A stretch of DNA of 64,000 bases, taken from the NCBI RefSeq assembly GCF_030028105.1, contig NC_092374.1, positions 7,277,334 to 7,341,333 of the forward strand. Direction: 5' to 3'. The stretch comes from Mobula birostris. Lineage: Eukaryota. The translations under genes were made by a program, and so were the position numbers. Below, one piece after another: positions 12,801 to 27,800 of this stretch; positions within the stretch are counted from its first letter, which is position 1; each line of letters begins with the position of its first letter. Under the pieces are notes generated by a model. That model ran no database searches. It was not told the origin of the DNA and worked only from the letters and a program-made list of their open reading frames with translations.

Positions 12801-15800
12801 CAGATACATTGATGTCAATAGGGGTCAGCCTGTCTCCATTCCGCTTGCAATCCACAACCAGCATCTTTTGTTTTTGCCACATTGAAGGAGAGGTTGTTTT
12901 CTTGACACCACTGTGTCAGGGCGATGACTTACTCTCTGTAGGCTGCCTTGTTATTATTTGAGATAATCAGTGTAGTGCCGTCAGAAATTTAATTACAGAT
13001 TGGAGCTGTGGGTGGCGACACAGACATGGTTATACAGAGAGTAAGGGAGGGGATTTAGCACACACCCCTGAGGGGCATCTGTGTCCTCCAGCATTTTGTG
13101 TGTGTTGCTCTGGATTTCCAGCATCTGCAGAATCTCCTGTGTCGACCAAAAACTCTCCACCCTCCTTCCATATTGTGGCCAAACGTTATCCCCACCCCGG
13201 CCCTTCCACCACCCACTAATGTAGAACCATCTCAGCAGGCAGCGATCGCTCCTGATCTCCTGAAGGACAGACTGTGCCCCACACCATGGTGACCTCGTGC
13301 TGGGTTCAGTGGGAAACACACTGCCCATGTCAGAGGATCATTCCACTCTGGAGTGGAACAGAGAGGCTCAGCTGAAACGGTTCAGAACTCGACAGGATGG
13401 CACCTCAGCACAATCGCTTTTGGTCCACCAAGTCCGAACACAAGTTAGATAAACACAAAATGAAAGGGAATGACTTCACTCACCCCATCACCGAACCGTT
13501 CTCACAAACTACCGACTCACTTTCAAGGACTCTTCATCTTGTGTTCTCAATACTTACTGCTTATTTATTCACTATGATTATTTCTTTCTTTTTGTATTTG
13601 TACAGCCTGTTGTCTTTACACCCTGGTTGTCCACCTTGTTGGTGTGGTCTTTCATTGATTCTACTATTGTCATTCGATTTATTGAGTATGCCCACAGGAA
13701 AATGGATCTTAAGGTTGTATATGGTGACAGATATGTACTTTGATGATAAAATTATTTTGAACTTTGAAATGTAAGCAGGAACTCAGCAGCTCAAAGGAAT
13801 GGGATTGTTGACATTTCGGATTGAGACCCTGTAAAACATCGATAATTTATTTCTCCCGCACAGACGCAGTTCGACCCGCTGAATTTCTCTACCAGATTGA
13901 GTGTCACTCAGTTCCCAACACTCCTGTTGCTACAAACGAGGTCAAAACTCTCATCCAATAAGGTGCTGGCGTTTACCTTTGTTGTTGCTGCTCGGGACGA
14001 TGTTGTCGTACAACGGGCTGCTGTCGTGCACTGCAACACAGATCAGAGAATGAAGCTCAAGTTTAATTGTCAGTCAACCATACACATGTATACAGCCTAA
14101 CGAAACAGCGTTCCTCAGGGCCAAGGTGTAAAATACAGTCATCAACAGTCACACACTGCACATAGCAAACACACGGCACGTATACTGCTGTTACAATAGC
14201 AAAGAAAACCATACAGTCACAAAATAATATCAGCACACGTCCCTCAGTGTCATAGCCTGAAGATTGGTGTTGCATGGGATGTTGTCCTGGAGCCATGTTT
14301 CCGTAAAGAATAAGCATGTAGCAGTTCCTCATCTCACGCTAGTGCATTAGTGTAGCTGCAGACCAATGCAATCGCACTTGTCTTCATCGAGTGAACACTG
14401 GAGGGCAGCACTGATAGCATACAGCAGGAGATTCAGCCTATCAAATCCATACTAGCTCTCAGGAGGACAATCCTATCAGCCCATTGATCTTTCTCTTATC
14501 CCATGGTCCTGGACGTTATCTCCTGCCAATCCAATACTTCTCCGAATGCCTTTGCTACTACAGATTTAGGGTTGAAACAATCCTAACCCTTCCCCTTGTA
14601 ACTGCTGGCCAGCATTTTCACACCATGCATCTTGGTTCAGAAGGGAACAGGTTCTCCCTGTGGATTTATGGGTGAGAAACTGAAGTACACACAGTAGACC
14701 ATACTCTCTGCTCTGCCAGTCCACCATGGCTGATTTATTCTCCCTCTCAACCCCATTCCCCTGCCTTCTCCCTGTAATCTCTGCACCTTCACCAATGCTC
14801 GCACACGCTTCCTTAGATACAGGCTCCAAAACTGCTGACAATACTCCAAATGTGGCTCGGCCAATGCCTTGTGCCTTGCAGAGGTGGAAATGCCATGGGG
14901 TATCAGGAGGTGGGCTGCTCCCTCCCAGAGACCCAGCCTCTGGCTTGCTTGCTGCTTACATAACTAGTCCAGATGAGTGCCTGGTCAGTGGTAACCTCCT
15001 CCCAAGACCCAGAGTGGCAACACGACTGACATATGTCCTGCAGACCCCTGTGGGGAGCCGTAGAGCGCTGAGCTTCTCGGTTTCTTGTGCACCTGTACTT
15101 GCTGATTGTTGCCTTCACGAGAGTCCTTCATTGAATTGACTTTATTACATGAGGAGTAAAAATCTTTATGTTATGTCTCCATCGAAACGTGCAATGTGCA
15201 ATTTATAGTAATTTATAATAAATAGTACGTACAACAGGACAGTCAATATAACATAGAAATACAGTTGTGTCAGCGTGAGTTCATCAGTCTGATGGCCTGG
15301 TGGAAGAAGCTGTCCCGGAGCCTGTTGGTCCTGGCTTCTATGCTGCGGTACCGTTTCCCGGATGGTATCAGCTGGAACAGTTTGTGGTTGGGGTGACTCG
15401 GGTCCCCAATGATCCTTCGGGCCCTTTTTACGCACCGGTCTCTGTAAATGTCCTGAATCATGGGAAGTTCACATCTACAGATGTACTGGGCTGTCCACAC
15501 CACTCTCTGCAGAGTCCTGCGATTGAGGGAAGTACAGTTCCCATACCAGGCAGTGATGCAGCCAGTCAGGATGCTCTCAGTTGTGCCCCTGTAGAAAGTT
15601 CTTAGGATTTGGGGTGCCATACCAAACTTCCTCAACCATCTGAGGCGCTATTGTGCCTTTTTCACCACACAGCCGGTATGTACAGACCACATGAGAGCCT
15701 TGGTGATGTTTATGCAGAGGAACTTAAAGGAGTTTGAGATTAGGCAAATCAATGTAGTGTCGTCAGTGATTTTAATTAGCAGATTGGAGCAGTGGGTAGC

Positions 15801-18800
15801 GACACAGTCATGGGTATACAGAGATTAAGGGAGGGGGCTTAGTACACAGCCATGGGGGCACCTGTGTTGAGGGTCATGGGGCCGAGCTGAGGGAGCCCAC
15901 TCTTACCACCTGCTGGCGATCTGACAGGAAGTCCAGGATCCAGCAGGGTGAAGGCCGAGGTCTCTGAGCTGCTTGTCGAGCCTGGTGGGGGGAGGTGGTT
16001 GGGATTATGGTGTTGAATGCTGAACTGTAGTCCAAGAACAGCATTCTCACATAAGCATCCTTCTTCTCCAGATGTGTAATGACGGTGTGTAGAGCTGTGG
16101 CTATTGAATCATCTGTTGATTGGTTGTGTCAGTAGGCGAATTGTAGGGAGTCCATTGGGGGTGGTAGCAAGCTGCAGATGTGGTCCTTGACCAGCCTCTC
16201 AAAGCATTTGCTCATGATTGAGATGAGTGCAACAGGACGCCAGTCGTTCACACATGTTACTTTGGCCTTGTGCTTTCTGTTTAACCTGGTCAAGTTGATT
16301 GTGACTGGCACGGGTTTTCTGCTTTCCATGATTATTCAAAGGGGACTCTCATTTAGTGCTCAGTGGAGTCCTTGTGTTTGTGGAGAATGACTTGTCTCAG
16401 AGTGTCACTTTTCTGTCTCTCTGATACTCTATTGGTATTCCTGTGTCTAAGCCCTTGTTTCTGTCTCTTCATGGAGAGCACCTGGGTTCAGTCGTGTTGG
16501 CATTCACCCTGACGAAGTCTTCTGTTCCTCCGCTCCTGGGTTCAGTCATTGTCAGTGCTCACCGTGACGGAGTCTTCCGTTCCTCCGCTCCTGGGTTCAG
16601 TCATTGTCAGTGCTCACTGTGACGGAGTCTGCCATTCGTCCACTCCCGGGTTGAATTGTGCCGGTACTCAACGTGACAATGAGGCAGACGTTCAGACTCC
16701 TGGTGGCGATGGCCACTGCCTGGCATGGCATTGAAATGATGGTTATTTCCCACTGACAGGCAGCCTCGAAAAGTTATTGACGCTCAACCGTCAATCGTCT
16801 ACCGAGCCTAGCGTGCATTCTGATCAGAACGGACAGCAGCCACCCTTCAGAGCATTTGCTTTCTTATATACATTACTCTCACTCTCCTGAGAGCATCAGA
16901 ATGGGAATGCAAGTGAATGAAAGCGGTTACCGTATGAGGAACGTCTGGCAGTTCTTGGACTGTATTCCCTGGAGTTCAGGAGAATGAGGGGGATCTCAAA
17001 GAAACATTCTGAATGTTAAAAGGCCTGAACAGATTAGATACGTGAAGTTATTTCCCATGGTATGGGAAGTCCAGGACAAGAGGTCACGACTTCAGGATTG
17101 AAGATGTCCATTTAGAACATAGATGTGGAGAAATTTCTTTAGTCAGAGGATGGTAAATCTGTGGAATTTGTTGCCACAAGTGGCTGTGGAGGCCAAGTCA
17201 TTGAGTGTACTTAAGGCAGAGATCGATAGGTTGTTGATTAGCCAGGGCATCAAAGGGTACGGGGAGAAGACAGGGGAGTGGGGATGACTGGAAGAATTGG
17301 ATCAGCCCATGATTGAATGGCAGAGCAGACTTGATGGGCCAATTGGCCTACTTGTGCTCCTATATCTTATGGTCATATGGTCTTAAGTGGTTAAGTTAGA
17401 AACATAGAAACTCTACAGCACAATACAGGCCCTTCAGCCCACAAAGCTGTGCCAAACGTCTTTACTTTAGAAATTACTTCGGGTTACCCATTGCCCTCTA
17501 TTTTTCTAAACTCCATGTACCTATCCAGGAATCTCTTAAAAGACACTATTGTATCCACCTCCACCACCATTGCTGGCAGCCCATTCTACACACACACCAC
17601 TCTCTGCATAAAAAACTTACCTCTGACATCTCCTCTGTACCTACTTCCAAGCACCTTAAAACTGTGCTCTCTCATGTTTGCCATTTCAGCCCTGGGAAAA
17701 AGCCTCTGACTATCCACATGATCAATGCCTCTCATTGTCTTATACACGCCTATCTGGTCACTTCTCACCCTCAGTTGCTCCAAGGAGAAAAGGCTGAGTT
17801 CACTCAACCTATTCTCATAAGGCATGCTCCCCAATGCAGGCAACATCCTTGTAAATCTCCTCTGCCTTCTCTCTATAGTTTCCACATCCTTCCTGTAGTG
17901 AGGCGACCAGAACTGAGCACAGTACTCCAAGTGGGGTCTGATCAGGGTCCGATACAGCTGCAACATTATCTCTCAGCTCCTGAACTCAATCTCACAATTG
18001 ATGAAGGCCAATGCACCATATGCCTTCTTAACCACAGAGTCAATCTGCGTAGCAGCTTTGAGTGTCCTATGAACTCGGACCCCAAGATCCCTCTTATCCT
18101 CCACACTGCCAAGAGTCTCAGCATTAATATAATATTCTGCCATCATATTTGACCTACCAAAATGAACCATCTCACACTTATCTGGGTTGAACTCCATCTG
18201 CCACTCCTCAGCTCAGTTTTGCATCCTATCAATGTCCCGCTGTAAATTTTGATAGCCCTCTACACTATCCACAACACCACCAACCTTTGTGTCATCAGCA
18301 AATTTACTAACCCATCCCTCCACTTCCTCATCCAGGTCATTTATAAAAATGAAGCAGTAAGGGTCCCTGTACAGATCCATGAGGCACACCACTGATCACC
18401 GACCTCCATGCAGAATATGACCCGTCTACATCCGCTCTTTGCCTTCTGTGGGCAAGCCAGTTCTGGATCCACAAAGCAATGTCCCCTTGGATCCCATGCC
18501 TCCTTACTTTCTCAATAAGCCTTTCATGGGGTACCTTGTCAAATGCCTTGCTGAAATCCATATACACTACATCTACTGCTCTTCCTTCATCAATGTGTTT
18601 AGTCACAAACTCAAAAAATTCAGACAAACTCGTAAGGCATGACCTGCCTTTGACAGAGCCATGCTGACTATTCCTAATCACAGTATACCTCTCCAAATGT
18701 TCATAAATCCGGCCTCTCAGGATCTTCTCCATCAACTTACCAACCACTCAGGTAAGACTCACTAGACTACAATTTCCTGGGCTATTTCTAGTCTCTTTCT

Positions 18801-21800
18801 TGAATAAGGGAACAACTTCCGCAACCCTCCAATCCTCCGGAACCTCTCCCAACCCCATTGATGATGCGAAGATCACCAGAAGCTAAGCAATCTCCTCCCT
18901 CGCTTTCTACAGTAGCCTGGGGTACATCTCGTACAGTCCTGGTGACTTATTCAACTTGATGCTTTCCAAAAGCTCCAGCACATCCTCTTTCTTAATGTCT
19001 ATATCCTCAAGCTTTTCAGTCCATTGTAAGTCATCCCTACAATCGCCAAGATCATTTTCCGTAGTGAATACTGAAGCAAAGTACTCATTAAGTACTCTTA
19101 GTGGGTGAGCATCTGGGGGACAGTGACTACCACTCCCTGGCCTTTAGCATTACCATGGAAAAGGATGGACTCAGAGAGGACAGGAAAATTATTAATTGGG
19201 GAAAGGCAAATTATGAGGCTATAAGGCTAGAACTTGCGGGTGTGAATTGGGATGATGTTTTTGCAGGGAAATGTACTATGGACATGCGGTCGATGTTTAG
19301 AGATCTCTTGCAGGATGTTAGGGATAAATTTGTCCCGGTGAGGAAGATAACAAACAGTAGGGTGAAGGAAGCATGGGTGACAAGTGAGATGGAAAATCTA
19401 GTCAGGTGGAAGAAGGCAGCATACATGAGGTTTAGGAAGCAGGGATCAGATGGGTCTATTGAGGAATATAGGGAAGCAAGAAAGGAGCTTAAGAAGGGGC
19501 TGAGAAGAGCAAGAAGGAGGCATGAGAAGGCCTTGGCAAGTAGGGTAAAGGAAAACCACAAGGCATTCTTCAATTATGTGAAGAAAAAAAGGATAACAGG
19601 AGTGAAGGTTGGACCGATTCGAGATAAAGGTGGGAAGATGTGCCTGGAGGCTGTGGAAGTGAGTGAGGTCCTCAATGAATACTTCTCTTCGGTATTCACC
19701 AATGAGAGGGAACTTGATGATGGTGAGGACAATATGAGTGAGGTTGATGTTCTGGAGCATGTTGATATTAAGGGAGAGGAGGTATTGGATTTGTTAAAAT
19801 ACATTAGGATAGATAAGTCCCCGGGGCCTGACGGAATATTCCCCAGGCTGCTCCATGAGGCGAGAGAAGAGATTGCTGAGCCTCTGGCTAGGATCTTTAT
19901 GTTCTCGTTGTCTACGGGAATGGCACTGGAGGATTGGAGGAAGGCAAATGTTGTCCCCTTGTTCAAAAAAGGTAGTAGGGGTAGTCCTGGTAATTATAGA
20001 CCAGTGAGTCTTACGTCTGTGGTAGGAAAGCTGTTGGAAAAGATTCTTAGAGATAGGATCTATAGGCATTTAGAGAATCATGGTCTGATCAGGGACAGTC
20101 AGCATGGCTTTGTGAAGGGCAGATCATGTCTAACAAGCCTGATAGAGTTCTTTGAGGAAGTGACCAGGCATATAGATGAGGGTAGTGCAGTGGATGTGAT
20201 CTATATGGATTTTAGTAAGGCATTTGACAGGGTTCCACACAGTAGGTTTATTCAGAAAGTCAGAGGGCATGGGATCCAGGAAAGTTTGGCCAGCTGGATT
20301 CAGAATTGGCCTGCCTGCTGAAGGCAGAGGGTCATGGTGGAGGGGGTACATTTGGATTGGAGGGATGTGACTAGTGGTGTCCCACAAGGATCTTTTCTGG
20401 GACCTCTATACTTTTCGTGATTTTTATTAATGACCTGGACGTGGGGGTAAAAGGGTGGGTTGGGATGTTTGCAGACGACACATAGGTTGGTGGTGTTGTA
20501 GATAGTGCATAGGATTGTCAAAGATTGCAGAGAGACATTGATAGGATGCAGAAGTGGGCTGAGAAGTGGCAGATGGAGTTCAACCCGGAGAAGTGTAAGG
20601 TGGTACACTTTGGAAGGACAAACTCCAAGGCAGAGTACAAAGTAAATGGCAGGATACTTGGTAGTGTGGAGGAGCAGAGGGATCTGGGGGTACATGTCCA
20701 TAGATCCCTGAAAGTTGCCTCGCAGGTAGATAGGGTAGTTAAGAAAGCTTATGGGGTGTTAGCTTTCATAAATCGAGGGATAGAATTTAAGAGTCACGAT
20801 GTAATGATGCAGCTCTATAAAACTCTGGTTAGGCCACACTTGGAGTACTGTGTCCAGTTCTGGTCACCTCACTATAGGAAGGATGTGGAAGCACTGGAAA
20901 GGGTACAGAGGAGTAAGGGAGCTAGGGCTTTACTCTTTGGAGAGAAGGAGGATGAGAGGAGACATGATAGAGGTGCACAAGATATTAAGAGGAATAGATA
21001 GAGTGGATATCCAGCGCCTCTTCCCCAGGGCACCACTGCTCAATACAAGTGGACATGGCTTTTAGGTAAGGGGTGGGAAGTTCAAGGGGGATATTAGACG
21101 AAGGTTTTTTACTCAGAGACTGGTTGGTGTATGGAATGCACTGCCTGAGTCAGTGGCGGAGGCAGATACACTAGTGAAATTTAAGAGACTACTAGACGGG
21201 TATATGGAGGAATTTAAGGTGCCGGGCTATTTAGGAGGCTGGGTTTGAGGGTCGGCACAACAATATGGGCCAAAGGGCCTGTACTGTGCTGTACTATTTT
21301 ATGTTCTATGTTCTATTAAGTACCTTTGCTATCTCCTCTGCTTCCATACACACTTTATCACTGTCACACTTGATTGGTCCTATTCTCTCACGTCCTATCC
21401 TCTTGCTCTTCACATACTTGTAGAATGCCTTGGGGTTTTCCTTAATCCTGTCCGCCAAGGCCTTCTCATGGCCCCTTCTGGCTCTCCTAATTTCATTCTT
21501 AAGCTCCTTCCTGTTAGCCTTATAATCTTCAAGATCTCTATCATTGCCTAGTTTTTCGAACCTTTCATAAGCTTCTCTTTTCTTCTTGACTGGATTTACA
21601 ACAGCCTTTGTACACCACTGTTCCTGTACCCGACCATCCTTTCCCTGTCTCATTGGAACGTATCTATGTAGAACTCTACACAAATATCCCCTGAACGTTG
21701 TTAAGAAGGCATATGGTGTTTTGGCTTCATTAGTCGAAGGACTGAGTTCAAGACTTGTGAGACAGTGTTACAGCTCTTTAAAACCCTGGTTAGACCACAC

Positions 21801-24800
21801 TTGGAGTAAAGTGTTCCATTCTGGTCACCTCATTATAGGAAGGATGTGGAAGCTTCGGGGAGGGTGCAGAGGAGATTTACCAGGATGCTGCCTGGATTGG
21901 AGAGCATGTCTTATGAGGATTGGTTGAGCAACTTCGGGCTTTTCTCTTTGGAGTGAAGGAGGATGAGAGGTGACTTGATTGAGGTGTACGAGATGATAAG
22001 ATTGAGTGGTCAGCCAGAGGTGGAAATGGCTAATATGAGGGGCATACTTTTAATGTGATTGGAGAAATATATTGGGGTGAATGTCTGAGAAGGGATTCTT
22101 ACACAGAGAGTGGTGGGTGCGTGGAATATGCTTCCAGGGCTGGTGGTAGAGGCAGATACGTAATGGACATTGAAGAGGCTCTTGTATAGGCACATGGAGG
22201 ATAAAAAATTGGGTGGCTGTGTGGGAGGGAAAGGTTGGATTGATCTCAGAGTAGATTGTAGGGTTAGTACAACATGGTGGGCTGAAGGGCCTGTTCTGTG
22301 CGGTACTGTTCTACATTCCATGGAGTCTGAAGCTGGTCTGCTCTTTCCTCAGGTGGTGGAGCTCCCTGCCTGTTCTAGATTTGTTATTGATCAGTCCCCT
22401 GGGAGCCGTGACTGGTTCACCCCCTCGCGCTGTCAGCTCAGTACCTGACTGAGGCGGCTTCTGTTCCTGCTCCGATTGGGTCAAACGTGGAACATTCCTG
22501 TCGAGAAAAGAACCAAGATCATGAAATTACAGCATGTTCCCAGTTGTGGTTATCCAAGATTACAAAGGGACCTTGATCATCTGACCCAGTGGGCTGAGGA
22601 ATGGCAGATCAGGTTTAATTTAATAAGACAAAATGCAAGACCTCAGGTTCTGAGGAGTGTGGCAGGACACAGCAATCAGGGAACACAGATCCGTAATTCC
22701 CTGAAAGTGGTGTCACAGCTTTATAGGGTTCTGAAGATACTCTGTTACAGCTAGATAGGGTTGTGAAGTTACACTGTTACAGCTAGATAAGGTTGTGAAG
22801 ATACACTGTTACAGAGAGTGTCGGAGTTCAGAGTTCAATTCTGGCATCCTCTGTAAGCAAGTTTTATGTTCCATTCTGAGTGCCTGTCCTGTGGGTTTCC
22901 TCCAGGTCTCTCCGGTTTCCTCCCACAGACCAAAGATATATCGGTTGGAAGGTTAATTGGTCATTGTACATTGTCCTGTGATTAGGCTGGGGTTAAACTG
23001 GGGGTTGTTGGGTCGAAAGAGCTGTTCTGGGCTGTATCGGAATCAGAATCAGGTTTATTATCACCGGCATGTGACGTGAAATTTGTTAACTTAGCAGCAG
23101 CAGTTCAATGCAATACATAATCTAGCAGAGAAAAAATAATAAAATAAAACAACAATAAATAAACAAGTAAATCAATTACATGTATTGAATAGATTTTTTA
23201 AAATGTGCTGTTACATGTTCAAGGAGATCTGTTTTTTTTGTGAGAATGATGTAATGGTCTTTTGGGGGTCACCTGATGTGATTTTCCCGCCGATGTGAGG
23301 TCACGTGATGACATGCGCACCAAGTAAATAAGGGAAGATCCCAGGTGACGCAGTTAGTTTTTAGTTTGTCGATTTCCAGGTAGAACGTGCTGTGTCTCCA
23401 TTTCTGTTGCGTGTTTGTTTTTTTGTGACGCAGTTTCATTTTTAAAATGGAGTATTGCCTTCTATTGTAAGATACAATATTATTGGACTGGAAATTGTTA
23501 GCTAGATGTGCTAATTTGCTCAATTCCAACAGTAGAAGAGAGAGTGAAGACTTTATCGAAGTACAGGACCGAAGGATTGAGAGGAGTCGGCATCGTTTGG
23601 CAGTTTAATAAAGGATCGACCTTATTGAGTCTTCATTGGAGGAGTAGCGACCTGCATCGAGGATAACTCTTGCCAAAAAGAGAAAAGAGTTCATGCAAAG
23701 GTTTGCTCTCTCTCTAAAAGAATTTAAGGTCAGTCATTTTAAACTGTTTATTTTCAGCATCTTGAATCCTGTGGACAGAACCAGCAGGAAAGTTGCGTCT
23801 ATGAAGAAATCCTTCTCCAGAGAAGTCTCTCCCAATTGAACGTATAAATCTGTAGGACTTTCGAATTTACCATTTTAAGAACTATATCTGACTTTATCGC
23901 TTTAAGAACTGTTTTCGCATTTAACGCTTTAAGAACCAGTGCCAAGTGACGATTTGGTGAGCGGCTGCATAACAGATAACTTCCGGTTAAAGTTTTCGTT
24001 TGTTTTTTTTCCTTATTGTTTATCCGTGTTTAATAAATGTTTGGTTGTTTTTATATAACTTGTCTCAAATGATATTCATTGTTGCCGGTTACGTAACAGT
24101 GCAAAAACAGAAACACTGTATATTAAAAAAAGTGAGGTAGTGTCCAAAGCTTCCAATGTCCATTTAGGAATCGGATGGCAGAGGGGAAGAAGCTGTTCCT
24201 GAATCACTGAGTGTGTGCCTTCAGGCTTCTGTATCTCCTACACCGCTCCCAAAAAATGCCCTGGGTACTTTGTAGGCCAGTACTCAAGATGGAGCTGACT
24301 AGATTTACAATCTTGTGCAGCTTCTTTCAGTCCTGTGCAGTAGCCCCTCCATACCAGACAGTGATGCAGCCTGTCAGAATGCTCTCCGTGGTACAACTAT
24401 AGAAGTCTTTGAGTGTATTTGCTGACATGCCAAATCGCTTCAAACTCCTAATAAAGTATAGCCACTGTCTTGTCTTCTTTATGACTACATCGATATGTTG
24501 GGACCAGGTTAGATCCTCAGAGATCTTGACACCCAGGAACTTGAAGCTGCTCACTCTCTCCACTTCTGATCCCTCTATGAGGATTGGTATGTGTTCTTTC
24601 ACCTTACCCTTCCTGAAGTCCACAATCAGCTCTTTCATCTTACTGACGTCGAGTGCCAGGTTGTTACTGCGGTACCATTCCACTAGTTGGCATGTCTCAC
24701 CCCTGTACACCATCTCATCACCACCTGAGATTCTACCAACAGTGATTGTATTGTCTCTAGATAAACAAATTATATATATATATATAAACACATAGATAGA

Positions 24801-27800
24801 TATGAAATAGATAGATAAAGAGAGACAATTAAAATAAAAGCTTGTGGCACACTGGCCCTCATAATTCAGAGTATTGAGTGCAGGAGATGGGATTTTATGT
24901 TGAAGTTGTATAAGACATTGGTGAGGCATAATCTGGTGTTCTATGTGCAGTTCTGATCGCCTACCTACAGGAAATATGCCAATATGATTGAAAGAGTGCA
25001 GAGAAAACTTAAAGATACTGTTGGGACTTGAGGACCTGAATGACAGTAATAGGATGAATAGGTTAGGATGTTATTCCCTGGGGTGTAGCAGAATGCGAGG
25101 AGAATTGATGGAGGTATACTAATTATGAGGCGTATAGATAGGGTTAATGCAAGCAGGCTTTTTCCACTGAGGTTGGGTGAGACGAGAACTAGAGGTCATG
25201 GGTTAAAGGTGAATGGTGAAATATTTAAAGGAAACATGAAGGGGAACTTTTTCTTTCACTCGGTGGTGAGAGGCTGGAATGATCTGCCAGCAGACGTGCC
25301 GGACACAGGTTTGAGGTTAACATAGAAACATAGAAAATAGGTGCAGGAGTAGGCCATTCGGCCCTTTGAGCCTGCACTGCCATTCAGTATGATCATGGCT
25401 GATCATCCAACTCAGAACCCTGTACCAGCCTTCCCTCCATACCCCCTGATCCCTTTAGCCACAAGGGCCATATCTAACTCCCTCTTAAATATAGCCAATG
25501 AACTGGCCTCAACTGTTTCCTGTGGCAGAGAATTCCACAGATTCACCACTCTCTGTGTGAAGAAGTTTTTCCTCATCTCGGTCCTAAAAGGTTTCCCCTT
25601 TATCCTCAAACTGTGACCCCTCGTTCTGGACTTCCCCAACATCGGGAACAATCTTCCTGCATCTAGCCTGTCCAATCCCTTTAGGATTTTATACGTTTCA
25701 ATAAGATCCCCCCTCAATCTTCTAAATTCCAACGAATATAAACCTAATCAATCCAGTCTTTCATCATATGAAAGTCCTGCCATCCCAGGAATTTAAGAGA
25801 AGTTCGTGACTCTGCCCTCGGAGGGGTTGCTGGTTCGAGTCACTGCCCTCGGAGGAGCCACTGGGTCCCGATGCTCTTGGAGGTGTTATCGAAATTCTGA
25901 GATTTATAGATTGGACTGCAGTTCATATTGGCCTCTTTCAGTTCGATGTGATCTTTCTGTGTTCACGCCCATTCTCTCTTGTTGCCGATTGGCGGGTTGG
26001 GGGTTTAGGTTTGATGTTCTTGTCGCTGTTTCTCCATGTGGGGGAGCTGTTCGTTTTTGTGCGAGGGAGGGGTTTGGGGTATGCAAGTTTTTGTTTCTTT
26101 TCTTTTCTTTCAACTACTTCTATGGTTTTCTATATTTCATGGCTATCTAGAAAAGACAAATCTCAGAGTTGCATTCTGCATACATACTTTGATAATAAGA
26201 TTAACTTTTGAACATTTAAAGTTTAGATAAGTATACAGATGGGAGGGGTAGGGGGGTATGGAGGGCTATGGTCCAGGTGCAGGTTGACAGGACTTGGCAG
26301 AATAACAGTTTGGCACAGACTAGATGGGCCAAAGGGCCTGTTTCTCTGTGTTGTGCTCTGTGAATTTATGACAGACCAAGGCAGGACCTCAGAATTAGGA
26401 TCAATTTCACTGACATATGTTGTGAAATTTGTTGTTTTGTGGCAGCAGTGAAGTGCAATACATTAAAAATCTACAAATTACAAAAAGAAAGATATTTAAA
26501 AATAAATATTGTAAAAACAAAGCAAAAATAGTGAAGTGGTGTTCACGGGTTCGGAGACCGTTCAGAAATCTGGTGGTGGAGGGGAAGAAGCTGTTGCTGA
26601 AACATCGAGTGTGAGTCTTCAGGCTCCTGTGCCTCCGCCCTGATGGTAGCAATGAGAAGAGGGCACGTCCTGGGTGATGGGTCCTTCATGATGGAGAGCT
26701 AACAGAGTAAGCTCCACCGAGATGCAACACAGAGCGTCATAGGAAGTCATTCCAGCCTGTGGCCATCAAACTTTATAACTCCTCCCTTGGAGGGTCAGAC
26801 ACCCTGAGCCAATAGGCCGGTCCTGGAATTATTTCATAATTTACTGACATAATTTACATATTACTATTTAACTATTTATGGTTCTATTACTATTTAATAT
26901 CTATGGTGCAACCGTAACGAAAACCAATTTCCCCCGGGATCAATATAGTATGACTATGACTATGACTAAATGGTAACGCTCAGGAATCAAGAACCTATCA
27001 ATCTTTGCTTTAAATCTACCCAATAGTTTGCCGTCCACAGCAGTCTGTGGCAATGAATTCCACAGATTAACCATCCTCTGGCTGAAGAAATTCTTCCTCA
27101 TCTCGATTCTAAATGGACTTCTTTGGATTCGGAGGCTGTGCCTCCTGGTCCTAGACTCCCCACTACAGGAAACATTCTCTCCACATCCACTCCATTGAGG
27201 CCTTTCAATATGTGACAGGTTTCAATAGATCCACCCAACACTTTGAAATCTGCCTTTGTCTGGTGTGACGGGAAGAGAGACTGAGGGGTCCAGGTACATT
27301 GCTCCCCGAAAGTGGAGACACAGGCAGACAGGGTAGTGAAGACGTCACTTGGCACATTTGACTCCATCGGTCCCATCACAGAGTACATTGTACATCAGCC
27401 ATACCAGACTGCACTTGGAGTACTGTGTACAGGTCTCGTCACCCTGGATAGGAGGGATGTCAGTGAAAGAATGTAAAAATGTGGATGGTACTGGGACTGG
27501 TTACAAGGGGAGAATGGACGGGCTGGGTCTATTGTACCTGAACGTCGGAGACTGAGGGGGACTTCACAGAGATAAGATCTTTCCCCAGGGTAGGGGGCTT
27601 TAAAACTGGAAGGTATACAGTACTGGTGGAAAAGCTTAGACACTTATATAGCCAGGGTGCCTGAGACCTTTGCACAGTACTGTAGTAATTTTATGTGTTG
27701 CACCATACTGCTGCCATTAAAAAAAACAAATTTCATGGCATTCTGTATGTGAGTGTTGATAAACCTGATTCTGATATGGGTCTCTATTGTAGACTGAGAG

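Larger units (their letters stand above)
9730..15270. repeat. Tandem segmental duplication, offset ~2956 bp, each unit carrying the 54-nt YDNI exon
   Basis: Near-identical ORF pairs (10442-10819/13397-13774, 11528-11719/14484-14675, etc.) and scattered substitutions between units. Confidence 0.95.

Noticed and set aside
16481-16630. 55-bp repeat with donor-like GTGAGC; possible mucin-like exon or CRISPR-like array
   Set aside because: Stops in all three minus frames; no unique spacers, and the context is eukaryotic.
19101-20321. 406-aa CR1 ORF as an active or domesticated RT
   Set aside because: Lacks the endonuclease and terminates before the catalytic xADD motif; an ordinary decayed copy.
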